DNA of 64,000 nt from the NCBI RefSeq assembly GCF_013122565.1, contig NZ_CP053258.1; one strand, 5' to 3'. Below are positions 12,196-24,216 of the stretch, in pieces. How positions within the stretch are numbered: the stretch's first letter is position 1; every line of letters begins with the position of its first letter. The stretch comes from Escherichia coli. Its GTDB lineage: Bacteria > Pseudomonadota > Gammaproteobacteria > Enterobacterales > Enterobacteriaceae. Below the pieces are notes generated by a model. It did no database searches. It was not told the DNA's origin and saw only the letters and a program-made list of their open reading frames with translations. A program made the position numbers and the translations under genes.

Positions 12196-12209
12196 GAGGT
12201 GTGTCAACA

Positions 12210-13361
12210 ATGAAAAACAAATTACCGCCATTTATCGAGATTTACCGTGCTCTGATTGCCACACCTTCAATAAGCGCCACGGAAGAGGCACTCGATCAAA
12301 GCAATGCAGATTTAATCACTCTGCTGGCGGACTGGTTTAAAGATTTAGGCTTCAATGTGGAAGTGCAGCCTGTGCCAGGAACTCGCAACAAATTTAATAT
12401 GCTGGCCAGTTGCGGACAGGGGGCTGGCGGCTTGTTGCTGGCGGGGCATACCGATACGGTGCCATTTGATGACGGTCGCTGGACGCGCGATCCGTTTACA
12501 CTGACGGAGCATGACGGCAAGCTTTACGGCTTAGGCACCGCCGACATGAAAGGCTTTTTTGCGTTTATCCTCGATGCGCTACGCGATGTCGACGTTACGA
12601 AGCTTGCAAAACCGCTCTACATTCTGGCGACTGCCGATGAAGAAACCAGTATGGCCGGAGCGCGTTATTTTGCCGAAACTACCGCCCTGCGCCCGGATTG
12701 CGCCATCATTGGCGAACCGACGTCACTACAACCGGTACGCGCACATAAAGGTCATATCTCTAACGCCATCCGTATTCAGGGCCAGTCGGGGCACTCCAGC
12801 GATCCAGCACGCGGAGTTAACGCTATCGAACTAATGCACGACGCCATCGGGCATATTTTGCAATTGCGCGATAACCTGAAAGAACGTTATCACTACGAAG
12901 CGTTTACCGTGCCATACCCTACGCTCAACCTCGGGCATATTCACGGTGGCGACGCTTCTAACCGTATTTGCGCTTGCTGTGAGTTGCATATGGATATTCG
13001 TCCGCTGCCTGGCATGACACTCAATGAACTTAATGGTTTGCTCAACGATGCATTGGCTCCGGTGAGCGAACGCTGGCCGGGTCGTCTGACGGTCGACGAG
13101 CTGCATCCGCCGATCCCTGGCTATGAATGCCCACCGAATCATCAACTGGTTGAAGTGGTTGAGAAATTGCTCGGAGCAAAAACCGAAGTGGTGAATTACT
13201 GTACCGAAGCGCCGTTTATTCAAACGTTATGCCCGACGCTGGTTCTGGGGCCTGGCTCAATTAATCAGGCTCATCAGCCTGATGAATATCTGGAAACACG
13301 GTTTATCAAGCCCACCCGCGAACTGATAACCCAGGTAATTCACCATTTTTGCTGGCATTAA
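12210..13361 (+). CDS. argE: Acetylornithine deacetylase
   Basis: Canonical 383-aa protein starting [35 protein letters not shown]; the ORF-track entry has a 13-aa extension. Confidence 0.95.
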   Translation: MKNKLPPFIEIYRALIATPSISATEEALDQSNADLITLLADWFKDLGFNVEVQPVPGTRNKFNMLASCGQGAGGLLLAGHTDTVPFDDGRWTRDPFTLTEHDGKLYGLGTADMKGFFAFILDALRDVDVTKLAKPLYILATADEETSMAGARYFAETTALRPDCAIIGEPTSLQPVRAHKGHISNAIRIQGQSGHSSDPARGVNAIELMHDAIGHILQLRDNLKERYHYEAFTVPYPTLNLGHIHGGDASNRICACCELHMDIRPLPGMTLNELNGLLNDALAPVSERWPGRLTVDELHPPIPGYECPPNHQLVEVVEKLLGAKTEVVNYCTEAPFIQTLCPTLVLGPGSINQAHQPDEYLETRFIKPTRELITQVIHHFCWH

Positions 13362-13362
13362 A

Positions 13363-13475
13363 ACGTAGGCCGGATAAGGCGCTCGCGCCGCATCCGGCAC
13401 TGTTGCCAAACGCCAGCGCTGCAATAATGTCGGATGCGATGCTTGCGCATCTTATCCGACCTACGCCTTTGGTGT
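13363..13475. repeat. REP/BIME element cluster between argE and ppc
   Basis: aggccggataaggcgctcgcgccgcatccggcac ... gtcggatgcgatgcttgcgcatcttatccgacctacgcc; paired REP palindromes. Confidence 0.7.
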
Positions 13476-13712
13476 TAATTGAGGCGATTTTTTAACATTC
13501 CCATAAGTTACGCTTATTTAAAGCGTCGTGAATTTAATGGCGTAAATTCCTGCTATTTATTCGTTTGCTGAAGCGATTTCGCAGCATTTGACGTCACCGC
13601 TTTTACGTGGCTTTATAAAAGACAACGAAAAGCAAAGCCCGAGCATATTCGCGCCAATGCGACGTGAAGGATACAGGGCTATCAAACGATAAGATGGGGT
13701 GTCTGGGGTAAT

Positions 13713-16364
13713 ATGAACGAACAATATTCCGCATTGCGTAGTAATGTCAGTATGCTCGGCAAAGTGCTGGGAGAAACCATCAAGGATGCGTTGGGAGAAC
13801 ACATTCTTGAACGCGTAGAAACTATCCGTAAGTTGTCCAAATCTTCACGCGCTGGCAATGATGCTAACCGCCAGGAGTTGCTCACCACCTTACAAAATTT
13901 GTCGAACGACGAGCTGCTGCCCGTTGCGCGTGCGTTTAGTCAGTTCCTGAACCTGGCCAACACCGCCGAGCAATACCACAGCATTTCGCCGAAAGGCGAA
14001 GCTGCCAGCAACCCGGAAGTGATCGCCCGCACCCTGCGTAAACTGAAAAACCAGCCGGAACTGAGCGAAGACACCATCAAAAAAGCAGTGGAATCGCTGT
14101 CGCTGGAACTGGTCCTCACGGCTCACCCAACCGAAATTACCCGTCGTACACTGATCCACAAAATGGTGGAAGTGAACGCCTGCTTAAAACAGCTCGATAA
14201 CAAAGATATCGCTGACTACGAACACAACCAGCTGATGCGTCGCCTGCGCCAGTTGATCGCCCAGTCATGGCATACCGATGAAATCCGTAAGCTGCGTCCA
14301 AGCCCGGTAGATGAAGCCAAATGGGGCTTTGCCGTAGTAGAAAACAGCCTGTGGCAAGGCGTACCGAATTACCTGCGCGAACTGAACGAACAACTGGAAG
14401 AGAACCTCGGCTACAAACTGCCCGTCGAATTTGTTCCGGTGCGTTTTACCTCGTGGATGGGCGGTGACCGCGACGGCAACCCAAACGTCACTGCCGATAT
14501 CACCCGCCACGTCCTGCTACTCAGCCGCTGGAAAGCCACCGATCTGTTCCTGAAAGATATTCAGGTTCTGGTTTCTGAACTGTCGATGGTTGAAGCGACC
14601 CCTGAACTGCTGGCGCTGGTTGGCGAAGAAGGTGCCGCAGAACCGTATCGCTATCTGATGAAAAACCTGCGTTCTCGCCTGATGGCGACACAGGCATGGC
14701 TGGAAGCGCGCCTGAAAGGCGAAGAACTGCCAAAACCAGAAGGCCTGCTGACACAAAACGAAGAACTGTGGGAACCGCTCTACGCTTGCTACCAGTCACT
14801 TCAGGCGTGTGGCATGGGTATTATCGCCAATGGCGATCTGCTCGACACCCTGCGCCGCGTGAAATGTTTCGGCGTACCGCTGGTCCGTATTGATATCCGT
14901 CAGGAGAGCACACGTCATACCGAAGCGCTGGGCGAGCTGACCCGCTACCTCGGTATCGGCGACTACGAAAGCTGGTCAGAGGCCGACAAACAGGCGTTCC
15001 TGATCCGCGAACTGAACTCCAAACGTCCGCTTCTGCCGCGCAACTGGCAACCAAGCGCCGAAACGCGCGAAGTGCTCGATACCTGCCAGGTGATTGCCGA
15101 AGCGCCGCAAGGCTCCATTGCCGCCTACGTGATCTCGATGGCGAAAACGCCGTCCGACGTGCTGGCTGTCCACCTGCTGCTGAAAGAAGCGGGTATCGGG
15201 TTTGCAATGCCGGTTGCTCCGCTGTTTGAAACCCTCGATGACCTGAACAACGCCAACGATGTCATGACCCAGCTGCTCAATATCGACTGGTATCGCGGCC
15301 TGATTCAGGGCAAACAGATGGTGATGATTGGCTATTCCGACTCAGCAAAAGATGCGGGCGTGATGGCAGCGTCCTGGGCGCAATATCAGGCACAGGATGC
15401 ATTAATCAAAACCTGCGAAAAAGCGGGTATTGAGCTGACGTTGTTCCACGGTCGCGGCGGTTCCATTGGTCGTGGCGGCGCACCTGCTCATGCGGCGCTG
15501 CTGTCACAACCGCCAGGAAGCCTGAAAGGTGGCCTGCGCGTGACTGAACAGGGCGAGATGATCCGCTTTAAATATGGTCTGCCAGAAATCACCGTCAGCA
15601 GCCTGTCGCTGTACACCGGGGCGATTCTGGAAGCCAACCTGCTGCCACCACCTGAGCCGAAAGAGAGCTGGCGTCGCATTATGGATGAACTGTCAGTCAT
15701 CTCCTGCGATCTCTACCGTGGCTACGTACGTGAAAACAAAGATTTTGTGCCTTACTTCCGCTCCGCTACGCCGGAACAAGAACTGGGCAAACTGCCGTTG
15801 GGTTCACGTCCGGCGAAACGTCGCCCAACCGGCGGCGTCGAGTCACTACGCGCCATTCCGTGGATCTTCGCCTGGACGCAAAACCGCCTGATGCTCCCCG
15901 CCTGGCTGGGTGCAGGAACAGCGCTGCAAAAAGTGGTCGAAGACGGCAAACAGAGCGAGCTGGAGGCTATGTGCCGCGATTGGCCATTCTTCTCGACGCG
16001 TCTCGGCATGCTGGAGATGGTCTTCGCCAAAGCAGATCTGTGGCTAGCGGAATACTATGACCAACGCCTGGTAGACAAAGCACTGTGGCCGTTAGGTAAA
16101 GAGTTACGCAATCTGCAAGAAGAAGACATCAAAGTGGTGCTGGCGATTGCCAACGATTCCCATCTGATGGCCGATCTGCCGTGGATTGCAGAGTCTATTC
16201 AGCTACGGAATATTTACACCGACCCGCTGAACGTATTGCAGGCCGAGTTGCTGCACCGCTCCCGCCAGGCAGAAAAAGAAGGCCAGGAACCGGATCCTCG
16301 CGTCGAACAAGCGTTAATGGTCACTATTGCCGGGATTGCGGCAGGTATGCGTAATACCGGCTAA
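13713..16364 (+). CDS. ppc: Phosphoenolpyruvate carboxylase
   Basis: 883-aa [44 protein letters not shown]... ending ...MRNTG. Confidence 0.97.
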
Positions 16365-16381
16365 TCTTCCTCTTCTGCAAA

Positions 16382-16410
16382 CCCTCGTGCTTTTGCGCGA
16401 GGGTTTTCTG
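16382..16410 (+). terminator. Probable intrinsic terminator of ppc
   Basis: Hairpin ccctcg-tgcttttgcg-cgaggg followed by ttttctg just after the ppc stop. Confidence 0.6.
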
Positions 16411-16546
16411 AAATACTTCTGTTCTAACACCCTCGTTTTCAATATATTTCTGTCTGCATTTTATTCAAATTCTGAATATACCTTCAGATATCCTTAAGGA
16501 ATTGTCGTTACATTCGGCGATATTTTTTTCAAGACAGGTTCTTACT

Positions 16547-18280
16547 ATGCATTCCACAGAAGTCCAGGCTAAACCCCTTTTTAGCTGGAAAGCCCTGGGT
16601 TGGGCACTGCTCTACTTTTGGTTTTTCTCTACTCTGCTACAGGCCATTATTTACATCAGTGGTTATAGTGGCACTAACGGCATTCGCGACTCGCTGTTAT
16701 TCAGTTCGCTGTGGTTGATCCCGGTATTTCTCTTTCCGAAGCGGATTAAAATCATTGCCGCAGTGATCGGCGTGGTGCTATGGGCGGCCTCTCTGGCGGC
16801 GCTGTGCTACTACGTCATCTACGGTCAGGAGTTCTCGCAGAGCGTTCTGTTTGTGATGTTTGAAACCAACACCAACGAAGCCAGCGAGTATTTAAGCCAG
16901 TATTTCAGCCTGAAAATTGTGCTTATCGCGCTGGCCTATACGGCGGTGGCTGTTCTGCTGTGGACACGCCTGCGCCCGGTCTATATTCCAAAGCCGTGGC
17001 GTTATGTTGTCTCTTTTGCCCTGCTTTATGGCTTGATTCTGCATCCGATCGCCATGAATACGTTTATCAAAAACAAGCCGTTTGAGAAAACGTTGGATAA
17101 CCTGGCCTCGCGTATGGAGCCTGCCGCACCGTGGCAATTCCTGACCGGCTATTATCAGTATCGTCAGCAACTAAACTCGCTAACAAAGCTACTGAATGAA
17201 AATAATGCCTTGCCGCCGCTGGCTAATTTCAAAGATGAATCGGGTAACGAACCGCGCACCTTAGTGCTGGTGATTGGCGAGTCAACCCAGCGTGGACGCA
17301 TGAGTCTGTACGGTTATCCGCGTGAAACCACGCCGGAGCTGGATGCGCTGCATAAAACCGATCCGAATCTAACCGTGTTTAATAACGTAGTTACGTCTCG
17401 TCCGTACACCATTGAAATCCTGCAACAGGCGCTGACCTTTGCCAATGAAAAGAACCCGGATCTGTATCTGACGCAGCCGTCGCTGATGAACATGATGAAA
17501 CAGGCGGGTTATAAAACCTTCTGGATCACCAACCAGCAGACGATGACCGCCCGCAATACCATGCTGACGGTATTTTCGCGCCAGACCGACAAGCAGTACT
17601 ACATGAACCAGCAACGTACGCAGAGTGCTCGTGAATACGACACTAACGTGCTGAAGCCGTTCCAGGAAGTGCTGAAGGACCCTGCGCCGAAGAAACTGAT
17701 CATTGTTCATCTGCTGGGTACGCATATCAAATACAAATACCGCTACCCGGAAAATCAGGGCAAGTTTGATGGCAATACCGATCATGTTCCGCCGGGATTA
17801 AACGCGGAAGAGCTGGAGTCATATAACGATTATGACAACGCTAACCTGTATAACGATCATGTGGTTGCCAGCCTGATTAAAGACTTTAAAGCAGCAGACC
17901 CGAACGGTTTCCTGGTTTACTTCTCTGACCACGGTGAAGAGGTTTACGACACGCCGCCTCATAAAACCCAGGGGCGTAATGAGGACAACCCGACGCGTCA
18001 TATGTACACCATTCCGTTCCTGCTGTGGACGTCGGAAAAATGGCAAGCGACTCATCCGCGTGATTTCTCGCAGGATGTTGATCGTAAATACAGCCTGGCG
18101 GAACTGATCCACACCTGGTCAGATTTGGCGGGCTTATCTTACGACGGTTACGATCCAACCCGTTCAGTGGTGAATCCGCAGTTCAAAGAAACTACCCGCT
18201 GGATTGGTAACCCGTATAAGAAAAACGCACTGATCGATTACGACACGCTGCCGTATGGCGATCAGGTGGGTAATCAGTAA
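16547..18280 (+). CDS. eptC: Phosphoethanolamine transferase EptC
   Basis: Canonical 577-aa protein starting MHSTEVQAKPLFSWKALGWALLYFW; N-terminal TM segments followed by a sulfatase-like domain. Confidence 0.93.
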   Translation: MHSTEVQAKPLFSWKALGWALLYFWFFSTLLQAIIYISGYSGTNGIRDSLLFSSLWLIPVFLFPKRIKIIAAVIGVVLWAASLAALCYYVIYGQEFSQSVLFVMFETNTNEASEYLSQYFSLKIVLIALAYTAVAVLLWTRLRPVYIPKPWRYVVSFALLYGLILHPIAMNTFIKNKPFEKTLDNLASRMEPAAPWQFLTGYYQYRQQLNSLTKLLNENNALPPLANFKDESGNEPRTLVLVIGESTQRGRMSLYGYPRETTPELDALHKTDPNLTVFNNVVTSRPYTIEILQQALTFANEKNPDLYLTQPSLMNMMKQAGYKTFWITNQQTMTARNTMLTVFSRQTDKQYYMNQQRTQSAREYDTNVLKPFQEVLKDPAPKKLIIVHLLGTHIKYKYRYPENQGKFDGNTDHVPPGLNAEELESYNDYDNANLYNDHVVASLIKDFKAADPNGFLVYFSDHGEEVYDTPPHKTQGRNEDNPTRHMYTIPFLLWTSEKWQATHPRDFSQDVDRKYSLAELIHTWSDLAGLSYDGYDPTRSVVNPQFKETTRWIGNPYKKNALIDYDTLPYGDQVGNQ

Positions 18281-18428
18281 ATGACCTATGTATCGCGTCT
18301 GGCGCTATTTGCCGGATGCGATACTGGCACAATGTTTACATCTCACTTCCATCAGGCCACACTTTTCAGGTGGCCTTTTTTCATAATGCCAGTTACTGTT
18401 TTCCCGTCTACATACCTAAGGGAATAAC

Positions 18429-19280
18429 ATGTATCACGACGTCAGCTATCTGCTCTCCCGCCTGATCAACGGCCCGCTGTCCCTGCGCCAGATTTACTTT
18501 GCAAGCAGTAACGGCCCGGTGCCCGATCTTGCGTATCAGGTCGATTTTCCACGACTGGAAATTGTGCTGGAAGGTGAGTTTGTTGATACCGGCGCTGGAG
18601 CAACGTTAGTTCCCGGCGATGTGCTGTACGTTCCCGCTGGTGGCTGGAATTTTCCACAATGGAAAACACCCGCGACCACCTTTAGCGTGCTGTTTGGCAA
18701 ACAGCAACTCGGCTTCAGCGTCGTGCAATGGGATGGCAAACAATATCAAAATCTGGCGAAGCAACACGTCGCCCGACGCGGCCCACGCATAGGTTCTTTT
18801 CTGCTACAAACGCTCAATGAAATGCAAATGCAGTCGCAGGAGCAGCAAACGGCAAGGCTTATCGTCGCCAGCCTGCTTAGCCACTGCCGCGATTTGCTTG
18901 GCAGCCAAATCCAGACCGCCTCACGCAGCCAGGCACTGTTCGAAGCTATTCGTGATTATATCGACGAACGCTACGCCTCCGCGCTTACCCGCGAATCTGT
19001 CGCACAGGCATTCTATATTTCACCAAACTATCTCTCGCACCTGTTTCAAAAAACGGGGGCCATTGGTTTTAACGAATACCTGAATCACACGCGACTGGAG
19101 CACGCCAAGACGTTATTGAAAGGCTATGACCTGAAGGTAAAAGAAGTGGCGCACGCCTGCGGCTTTGTCGACAGCAACTACTTCTGCCGTCTGTTTCGTA
19201 AAAACACCGAACGCTCGCCGTCGGAATATCGCCGGCAGTACCACAGCCAACTGACAGAAAAACCGACTACTCCAGAATAA
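18429..19280 (+). CDS. yijO: AraC-family transcriptional regulator YijO
   Basis: 283-aa ORF with a C-terminal AraC HTH (YISPNYLSHLFQKTGAIGFNEYLNHTRLEHAKTLL). Confidence 0.9.
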   Translation: MYHDVSYLLSRLINGPLSLRQIYFASSNGPVPDLAYQVDFPRLEIVLEGEFVDTGAGATLVPGDVLYVPAGGWNFPQWKTPATTFSVLFGKQQLGFSVVQWDGKQYQNLAKQHVARRGPRIGSFLLQTLNEMQMQSQEQQTARLIVASLLSHCRDLLGSQIQTASRSQALFEAIRDYIDERYASALTRESVAQAFYISPNYLSHLFQKTGAIGFNEYLNHTRLEHAKTLLKGYDLKVKEVAHACGFVDSNYFCRLFRKNTERSPSEYRRQYHSQLTEKPTTPE

Positions 19281-19608
19281 GATGGGTTTGCTGCGGCGCA
19301 GAAAGCACTTTGCGCACCGCGCTCATTACCCGCTGCGGCTCACGCAGGAATGCGTAGATGCTGCATTGCACATAGCGGCAATGTTCAAATCGCTCGGCAC
19401 CGGCAAGCTCGATATCCGTAATTAACAGCGCAACATCCGCCCGGCGGATATCCTCGTCCGCTAAACGATTCTCCGTTCCCAGCGCGCCCTGAGTTTCAAT
19501 GCTGATGACCCACTTCTCTAACTGGCACAACTTTTCCAGCCGTTCCGCCGCCATATAAGTATGCGCCACGCCGCTTACGCAGGCGGTTACTGCCACCAGG
19601 TATGCCAT
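19267..19608 (-). CDS. frwD: Fructose-like PTS EIIB component FrwD
   Basis: Canonical 113-aa protein MAYLVAVTACVSGVAHTYMAAERLEKLCQ...; paralogous to frwB at 22802..23122. Confidence 0.9.
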   Translation of the reverse strand: MAYLVAVTACVSGVAHTYMAAERLEKLCQLEKWVISIETQGALGTENRLADEDIRRADVALLITDIELAGAERFEHCRYVQCSIYAFLREPQRVMSAVRKVLSAPQQTHLILE

Positions 19609-19609
19609 T

Positions 19610-20488
19610 TTAACCTCCCACGGTAACCTGAAATCCGGCCCGTTCTGCCATTTCGCGCATCGTTGCCACATCAGCTGACGACGGCGCAGGCACCTCTTTC
19701 ATCGACCATGTTTTCCCCAGCAGGCGGTATTTCGGTTCGCCGTACTGATGAAACGGTAACAGATGGATCTGCCTGATATTCAGCGGGATCAGCACGTCCA
19801 GCGCCTGCTGCATATTCTCCCGGCTGAGCGTGAAACCAGGGATCAGCGGTAAACGCGGGATCACGTTGACACCCTCACTCACCAGCAAACGCAGATTCTC
19901 CACCACGCGTGGCAGGTTCATCTTCACCACATCCCGCGCCTGAGTCGCATCCATGATTTTTAAATCGAACAACACTTCATCGCACAATTTCGCCAGTGGT
20001 AACAGCTTGCTTGCTGGCGCGTCTCCGGCAGTTTCAATGGCGCATGACACCCCCCACAGCCGCAGTCGCTGTAAAAAACGGGTAGCAAACTCCGCCTGCA
20101 TTAACACTTCGCCGCCAGAAAGCGTGACGCCGCCGCCGGACGTGCGAAAGAAAATGTCATCTTTCATCACTTCCCGTTCCAGCGCGTCAAGGCTGATATC
20201 GCGACCAATCCGTTCAAACGCCCCGGAGGGGCATTCATCCGCATCACGCAAACATTTCGCACAGTGCAGACATTTCGCCTCTCTGCGTACCGTCTGGATT
20301 TTGCCGGAGATCGACTCCGGATTAGCACACCACGGGCAAAGATGCGGACAGCCTTTAAAAAAGACCACCGTACGAATGCCCTCACCGTCATTCAGTGAAT
20401 AACGCTGAATGTTGAAAATGCGCGCCACATCATTGCGGCGCGTTTCCACAACGTTACAGCTGATGCGCTGTCCGGCGGATGATGTCAT
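19610..20488 (-). CDS. pflC: Glycyl-radical enzyme activating protein (pyruvate formate-lyase 2 activase) PflC
   Basis: Radical-SAM CxxxCxxC motif (FFKGCPHLCPWCANPE); canonical 292-aa protein starting MTSSAGQRISCNVVETRR. Confidence 0.9.
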   Translation of the reverse strand: MTSSAGQRISCNVVETRRNDVARIFNIQRYSLNDGEGIRTVVFFKGCPHLCPWCANPESISGKIQTVRREAKCLHCAKCLRDADECPSGAFERIGRDISLDALEREVMKDDIFFRTSGGGVTLSGGEVLMQAEFATRFLQRLRLWGVSCAIETAGDAPASKLLPLAKLCDEVLFDLKIMDATQARDVVKMNLPRVVENLRLLVSEGVNVIPRLPLIPGFTLSRENMQQALDVLIPLNIRQIHLLPFHQYGEPKYRLLGKTWSMKEVPAPSSADVATMREMAERAGFQVTVGG

Positions 20489-22751
20489 CCTGGATCTCCT
20501 TCGACAGTTCGACAAAGAAGGCGCTGTATCCGGCAACGCGCACCACCAGCCCGGCATAATCTTGTGGGCGCTGTTGCGCTTCCCGCAACGTGTCGGCGTT
20601 CACCACGTTAAACTGAATATGTTGTAACTTAAGCTGGGTAAACGCCCGTAAGAAGTCGGCCAGTTTGCGTAATCCCGCTTCACCTTCCAGGGTCGCCGGA
20701 GTGAATTTCACGTTCAGCAACGTACCGTTAGACAGCAGTGTGTTATCGAGCTTACTGACTGACTTCAGTACCGCCGTTGGCCCTTGTGCGTCCTGGCCCA
20801 GCATGGGTGACAAGCCGCCGTCTGCCAGTTGTTCCCCGGCAAAACGACCGTCTGGCGTCGCACCAACCACCGATCCCAACGGGACGTGAGCAGAAACGGT
20901 ATACGATCCCGGCGTGAAGTAGCCGCCGCGCGGGTTCTGGTATTTTTCCACTTCTTTGCAGTAGTGGCGTAACAGTTCGGCGCTGATGTTATCCACCTCG
21001 TCGATATCGTTACCGTATTTCTCAAAGCGGTTAATTAAGCGAGCGCGGACTTTTTCGCCTTCTGGCGTTGCGAAGTTGGCTTTTAATACCGACAGCAATT
21101 CGTCAAAACTTAAACGCTGTTGATCAAAAACCATCCCTTTCAACGCATGGAGAGAATCGCTCAGGTTGGCGATACCGATCCCCTGTACGCCGGAGAAGTT
21201 ATAACGCGCGCCGCCATCGGTAATATCGCGGCCTTTTTCCAGACAATCGCTGATAAACGATGAGAGCAGCGGTACAGGTGCCCAGTCGCGATGGCCGATA
21301 TCACAAATATTGCTGCCCTCAACCATCAGGGTGATGTAGTGGCTGATCTTGGCGCGGATCTGCTCCAGTAAACCTTCATAAGTCAGCGCAGCATTGCCTT
21401 CATTTTCATGCAGGCAGATTTCCATCACTTTCAGCAGATTAAACATCGCGATGTCATGCAAGCCGTAGGTTCTGCCGGGAATAGATAATTCCACACAGCC
21501 CACTACGGAATAGTCGCGCGCATCTTCCAGCGAAACGCCACGGTTGAGGAACGCTGGCACCACCACTTCATCGTTAAAGATTTGCGGAATACCGGTGCCG
21601 AGGCGAATGGTTTCGGCGGTTTTCATCAGGAACGGCGTGTCGATCAAGGCGTTAGTGCGCACGCCGAGGTTCGGTTGCGGTAATTGCACGCTTTGATAAG
21701 CATCGAGGCAAAGGAATGAAAGCACGTTCACCGCGCTACGTCCGTTCTCGGTTAACCCGCCGAGCAGTGCGGTATAGCCGGTCGGGAAACCTGCGAAATA
21801 ACGCGCGCTGCTGGTGGAGCGCAACAGCACGATGTCGTTGCATTTCACCCATAAAGATTCGAGCAGTTCTTTCAGGAACGCCGGATCTTCGCCCTGGGTT
21901 AAAGATGCCTGATAGAACGGCAACATATACTGGTCGAAGCGCCCTAAAGACAGCGAACTGGCGTTGGATTCGTATTGCAGAATGATGTTCATGTACCAGA
22001 ATAACTGGCACGCCTGCCAGAACGTCTGCGGCTTATGTTGCGCGTTATGGCGGGAGATCTCCGCAATAGTCAGCAGCTCTTAGCGACGCTGGGCATCTGT
22101 GCAGTTTGCCGCCATCGTTTCCGCCAGTTCGGCGTAACGCAAAATGTGTTTCTGCGAGGCTTCCAGCAGTAACAGCGCTGCCTGATAAAAGTAATTCTCC
22201 GGCTGTTGCTGACAATGTTGCTGCATCTGCGCCACCAGCTCCCCCAGCCCGTGATTCAGCAGGCGCGGGTAATCAATAATAATGTGCCCCTGGCCTTTAT
22301 CCGTCTGGTTGATGCTGAAAATCTGCGTGCTGGTCGCGGCTTTTACTTCATCCGTCATCTGCCCGTTGATGAAATCTTTCATCGAACGTTTTTCCCAGTA
22401 CGGGAACAACTCTTCGCGGTAGATACGTTTATCTTCTTCGCTGATAGCAAAGCGGTCCTGCGGACGCGTCGGGAACTGGTCCAACTCTTTCAGCAGCCAG
22501 TAAGGATCCATTTCCGGCGACATAATCCCGGCGCGTGGTTTCACCGTGCGGTTACCGGCAATCAGTTCTTCATCACGAATCGAAATTTCAACATGTTCAA
22601 GGATATACGCTGTTGCTTTCGCCCGGCGCAATATCACCGGTTCGCCTTCGGTTTGCCGATGGCTGGCGGTATAAAGCAGCGCACGCTCCAGCGAGATTTC
22701 ACGGGTATTGGCAAACAGTGCAGTTTTGAGGCGAGAGATACGATTCGTCAT
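20454..22751 (-). pseudogene. pflD: pflD (glycyl-radical enzyme, formate acetyltransferase 2) interrupted by a single in-frame TAA stop
   Basis: ORFs 22080..22751 (223 aa, N-terminal) and 20454..21992 (512 aa, C-terminal) are in the same frame. Reading on past the TAA at 22080..22082 gives continuous protein-like sequence (ELLTIAEISRHNAQHKPQTFWQACQLFWYMNIILQ...). Total span of 766 codons matches the 765-aa full-length enzyme. Confidence 0.8.
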
Positions 22752-22801
22752 GAGGAACTCCTGTGGGAAAGCGAACCCGCCCTTGCGAGCGGGAGAAGAA
22801 C

Positions 22802-23122
22802 TTAAGCGGTTTGCGCCAGGTGAGCTTCAATTTTGCTCATAATGGCGTCAGCGCGTTTTACCGCGTCGCTGATGTTGACGCGCACAATGGTCTTGCCAGC
22901 AAAACGCTCTTCAAACTTGATGCCGATATCTTTGGTCAGAATCACCATATCGGCGCTCGCCACATCTTCCGCAGTCAGTTCGTTTTCCAGACCAATCGAG
23001 CCCTGGGTTTCTACTTTCACTTCCCAGCCTTTCGCTTTCGCGGCACTTTCCAGCGCCTCTGCCGCCATATAAGTATGGGCAACACCAGATGGACATGCGG
23101 TTACTGCAATAATTTTCGTCAT
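22802..23122 (-). CDS. frwB: Fructose-like PTS EIIB component FrwB
   Basis: 106-aa ORF MTKIIAVTACPSGVAHTYMAAEALESAAKAKGWEVKVETQG... Confidence 0.92.
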   Translation of the reverse strand: MTKIIAVTACPSGVAHTYMAAEALESAAKAKGWEVKVETQGSIGLENELTAEDVASADMVILTKDIGIKFEERFAGKTIVRVNISDAVKRADAIMSKIEAHLAQTA

Positions 23123-23136
23123 GGCTCGTTCCTCAA

Positions 23137-24216
23137 TTAATTAATTTCAAAATCCAAATCCAGGTCGTCTTCTTTTTCATCAGTAGAAGATCCATTTTTA
23201 CGCGCCAGACTTTTCAGCACGTTCACGCAGACTGCCGTCACAACCGCCCCGACAGCCACTGCTGCGATATAACCCAACTTACCTTCAACCACCGGCAGCA
23301 CAATCAGACCACCCCAGCCGGCATAGCACTGCGCACCGACCAGCGCCGCAGTTACTGCACCACAAACTGAACCGACCATGATGGAAGGAATAACACGCAG
23401 CGGATCGGCAGCGGCGAAAGGAATCGCCCCTTCAGTAACGCCAACGCACCCCATCACCAGCGCCGCTTTACCAGTTTCGCGCTCTTCTGCGGAGAAATTT
23501 TTACGACCAATCAGCGTCGCCAGCCCCATCCCCAGCGGCGGGATACAAATACCCACGGCAGCAATGGCCACCACGGTATAAACACCCTGAGCAACGCAAA
23601 TCAGCATGAAGGCATAGGCCACTTTGTTAACCGGACCGCCCATATCGAACGCCAGCATCAGACCCATGATCACCGCCAGCATAACAATGCTGCCCTGCTG
23701 CATCCCCTGAAGCCACTGAGTCAGGCTGTTGGTCAACGCCCCTACAGGCTCGCCCAAGCCCCACATCATGATGCCTGCGGTAATCAGTGTGCCGACGATA
23801 GGAATGATGAAGATAGGCATCACCGAGCGCAGAACTTTATGCACCGGAATTTTCTTCAGGTAATGCACCACGATGCCGCCGATAATCCCGGCGATCAGTG
23901 CACCAAAGAAGCCCGCACCAAAGCTGTTACCAACCCAGGCACCGATAGCGCACGGAGCCAGCGCAGAACGCTCTGCAATGGAGTAACCAATGTAAGCGGC
24001 GAGGAAAGGCACCATCAGCGTCAAACCCGCAACGCCGATATCAAACAGTTTTTTCAAATTCGGATCGGCTACGGCATTCGGCACTGCGCCTTTGCCATAC
24101 AACATGACGGAAACCGCCAGCAAAATACCGCCCGATACCACGAAGGGAATCATGTGTGAAACGCCCGTCATTAAGTGCTGACGGGTATTTTTCAGGATCT
24201 GCACCAACTCATTCAT
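23137..24216 (-). CDS. frwC: Fructose-like PTS EIIC permease FrwC
   Basis: Canonical 359-aa polytopic membrane protein starting MNELVQILKNTRQHLMTGVSHMIPFVVSGG; the ORF-track entry has a 7-aa extension. Confidence 0.92.
   Translation of the reverse strand: MNELVQILKNTRQHLMTGVSHMIPFVVSGGILLAVSVMLYGKGAVPNAVADPNLKKLFDIGVAGLTLMVPFLAAYIGYSIAERSALAPCAIGAWVGNSFGAGFFGALIAGIIGGIVVHYLKKIPVHKVLRSVMPIFIIPIVGTLITAGIMMWGLGEPVGALTNSLTQWLQGMQQGSIVMLAVIMGLMLAFDMGGPVNKVAYAFMLICVAQGVYTVVAIAAVGICIPPLGMGLATLIGRKNFSAEERETGKAALVMGCVGVTEGAIPFAAADPLRVIPSIMVGSVCGAVTAALVGAQCYAGWGGLIVLPVVEGKLGYIAAVAVGAVVTAVCVNVLKSLARKNGSSTDEKEDDLDLDFEIN

Noticed and set aside
14821-15207. Several 60- to 130-aa ORFs on both strands inside ppc (for example 14821..15207 minus)
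   Set aside because: They are fully nested in the well-supported 883-aa ppc frame and have Arg/Ala/Ser-rich low-complexity translations typical of out-of-frame reads in GC-rich coding DNA.
20454-22751. Possibility that pflD is split by a frameshift or an insertion
   Set aside because: Re-reading the junction shows both fragments in one frame, separated only by a TAA; the span equals the full-length gene, so no indel or inserted element is needed.
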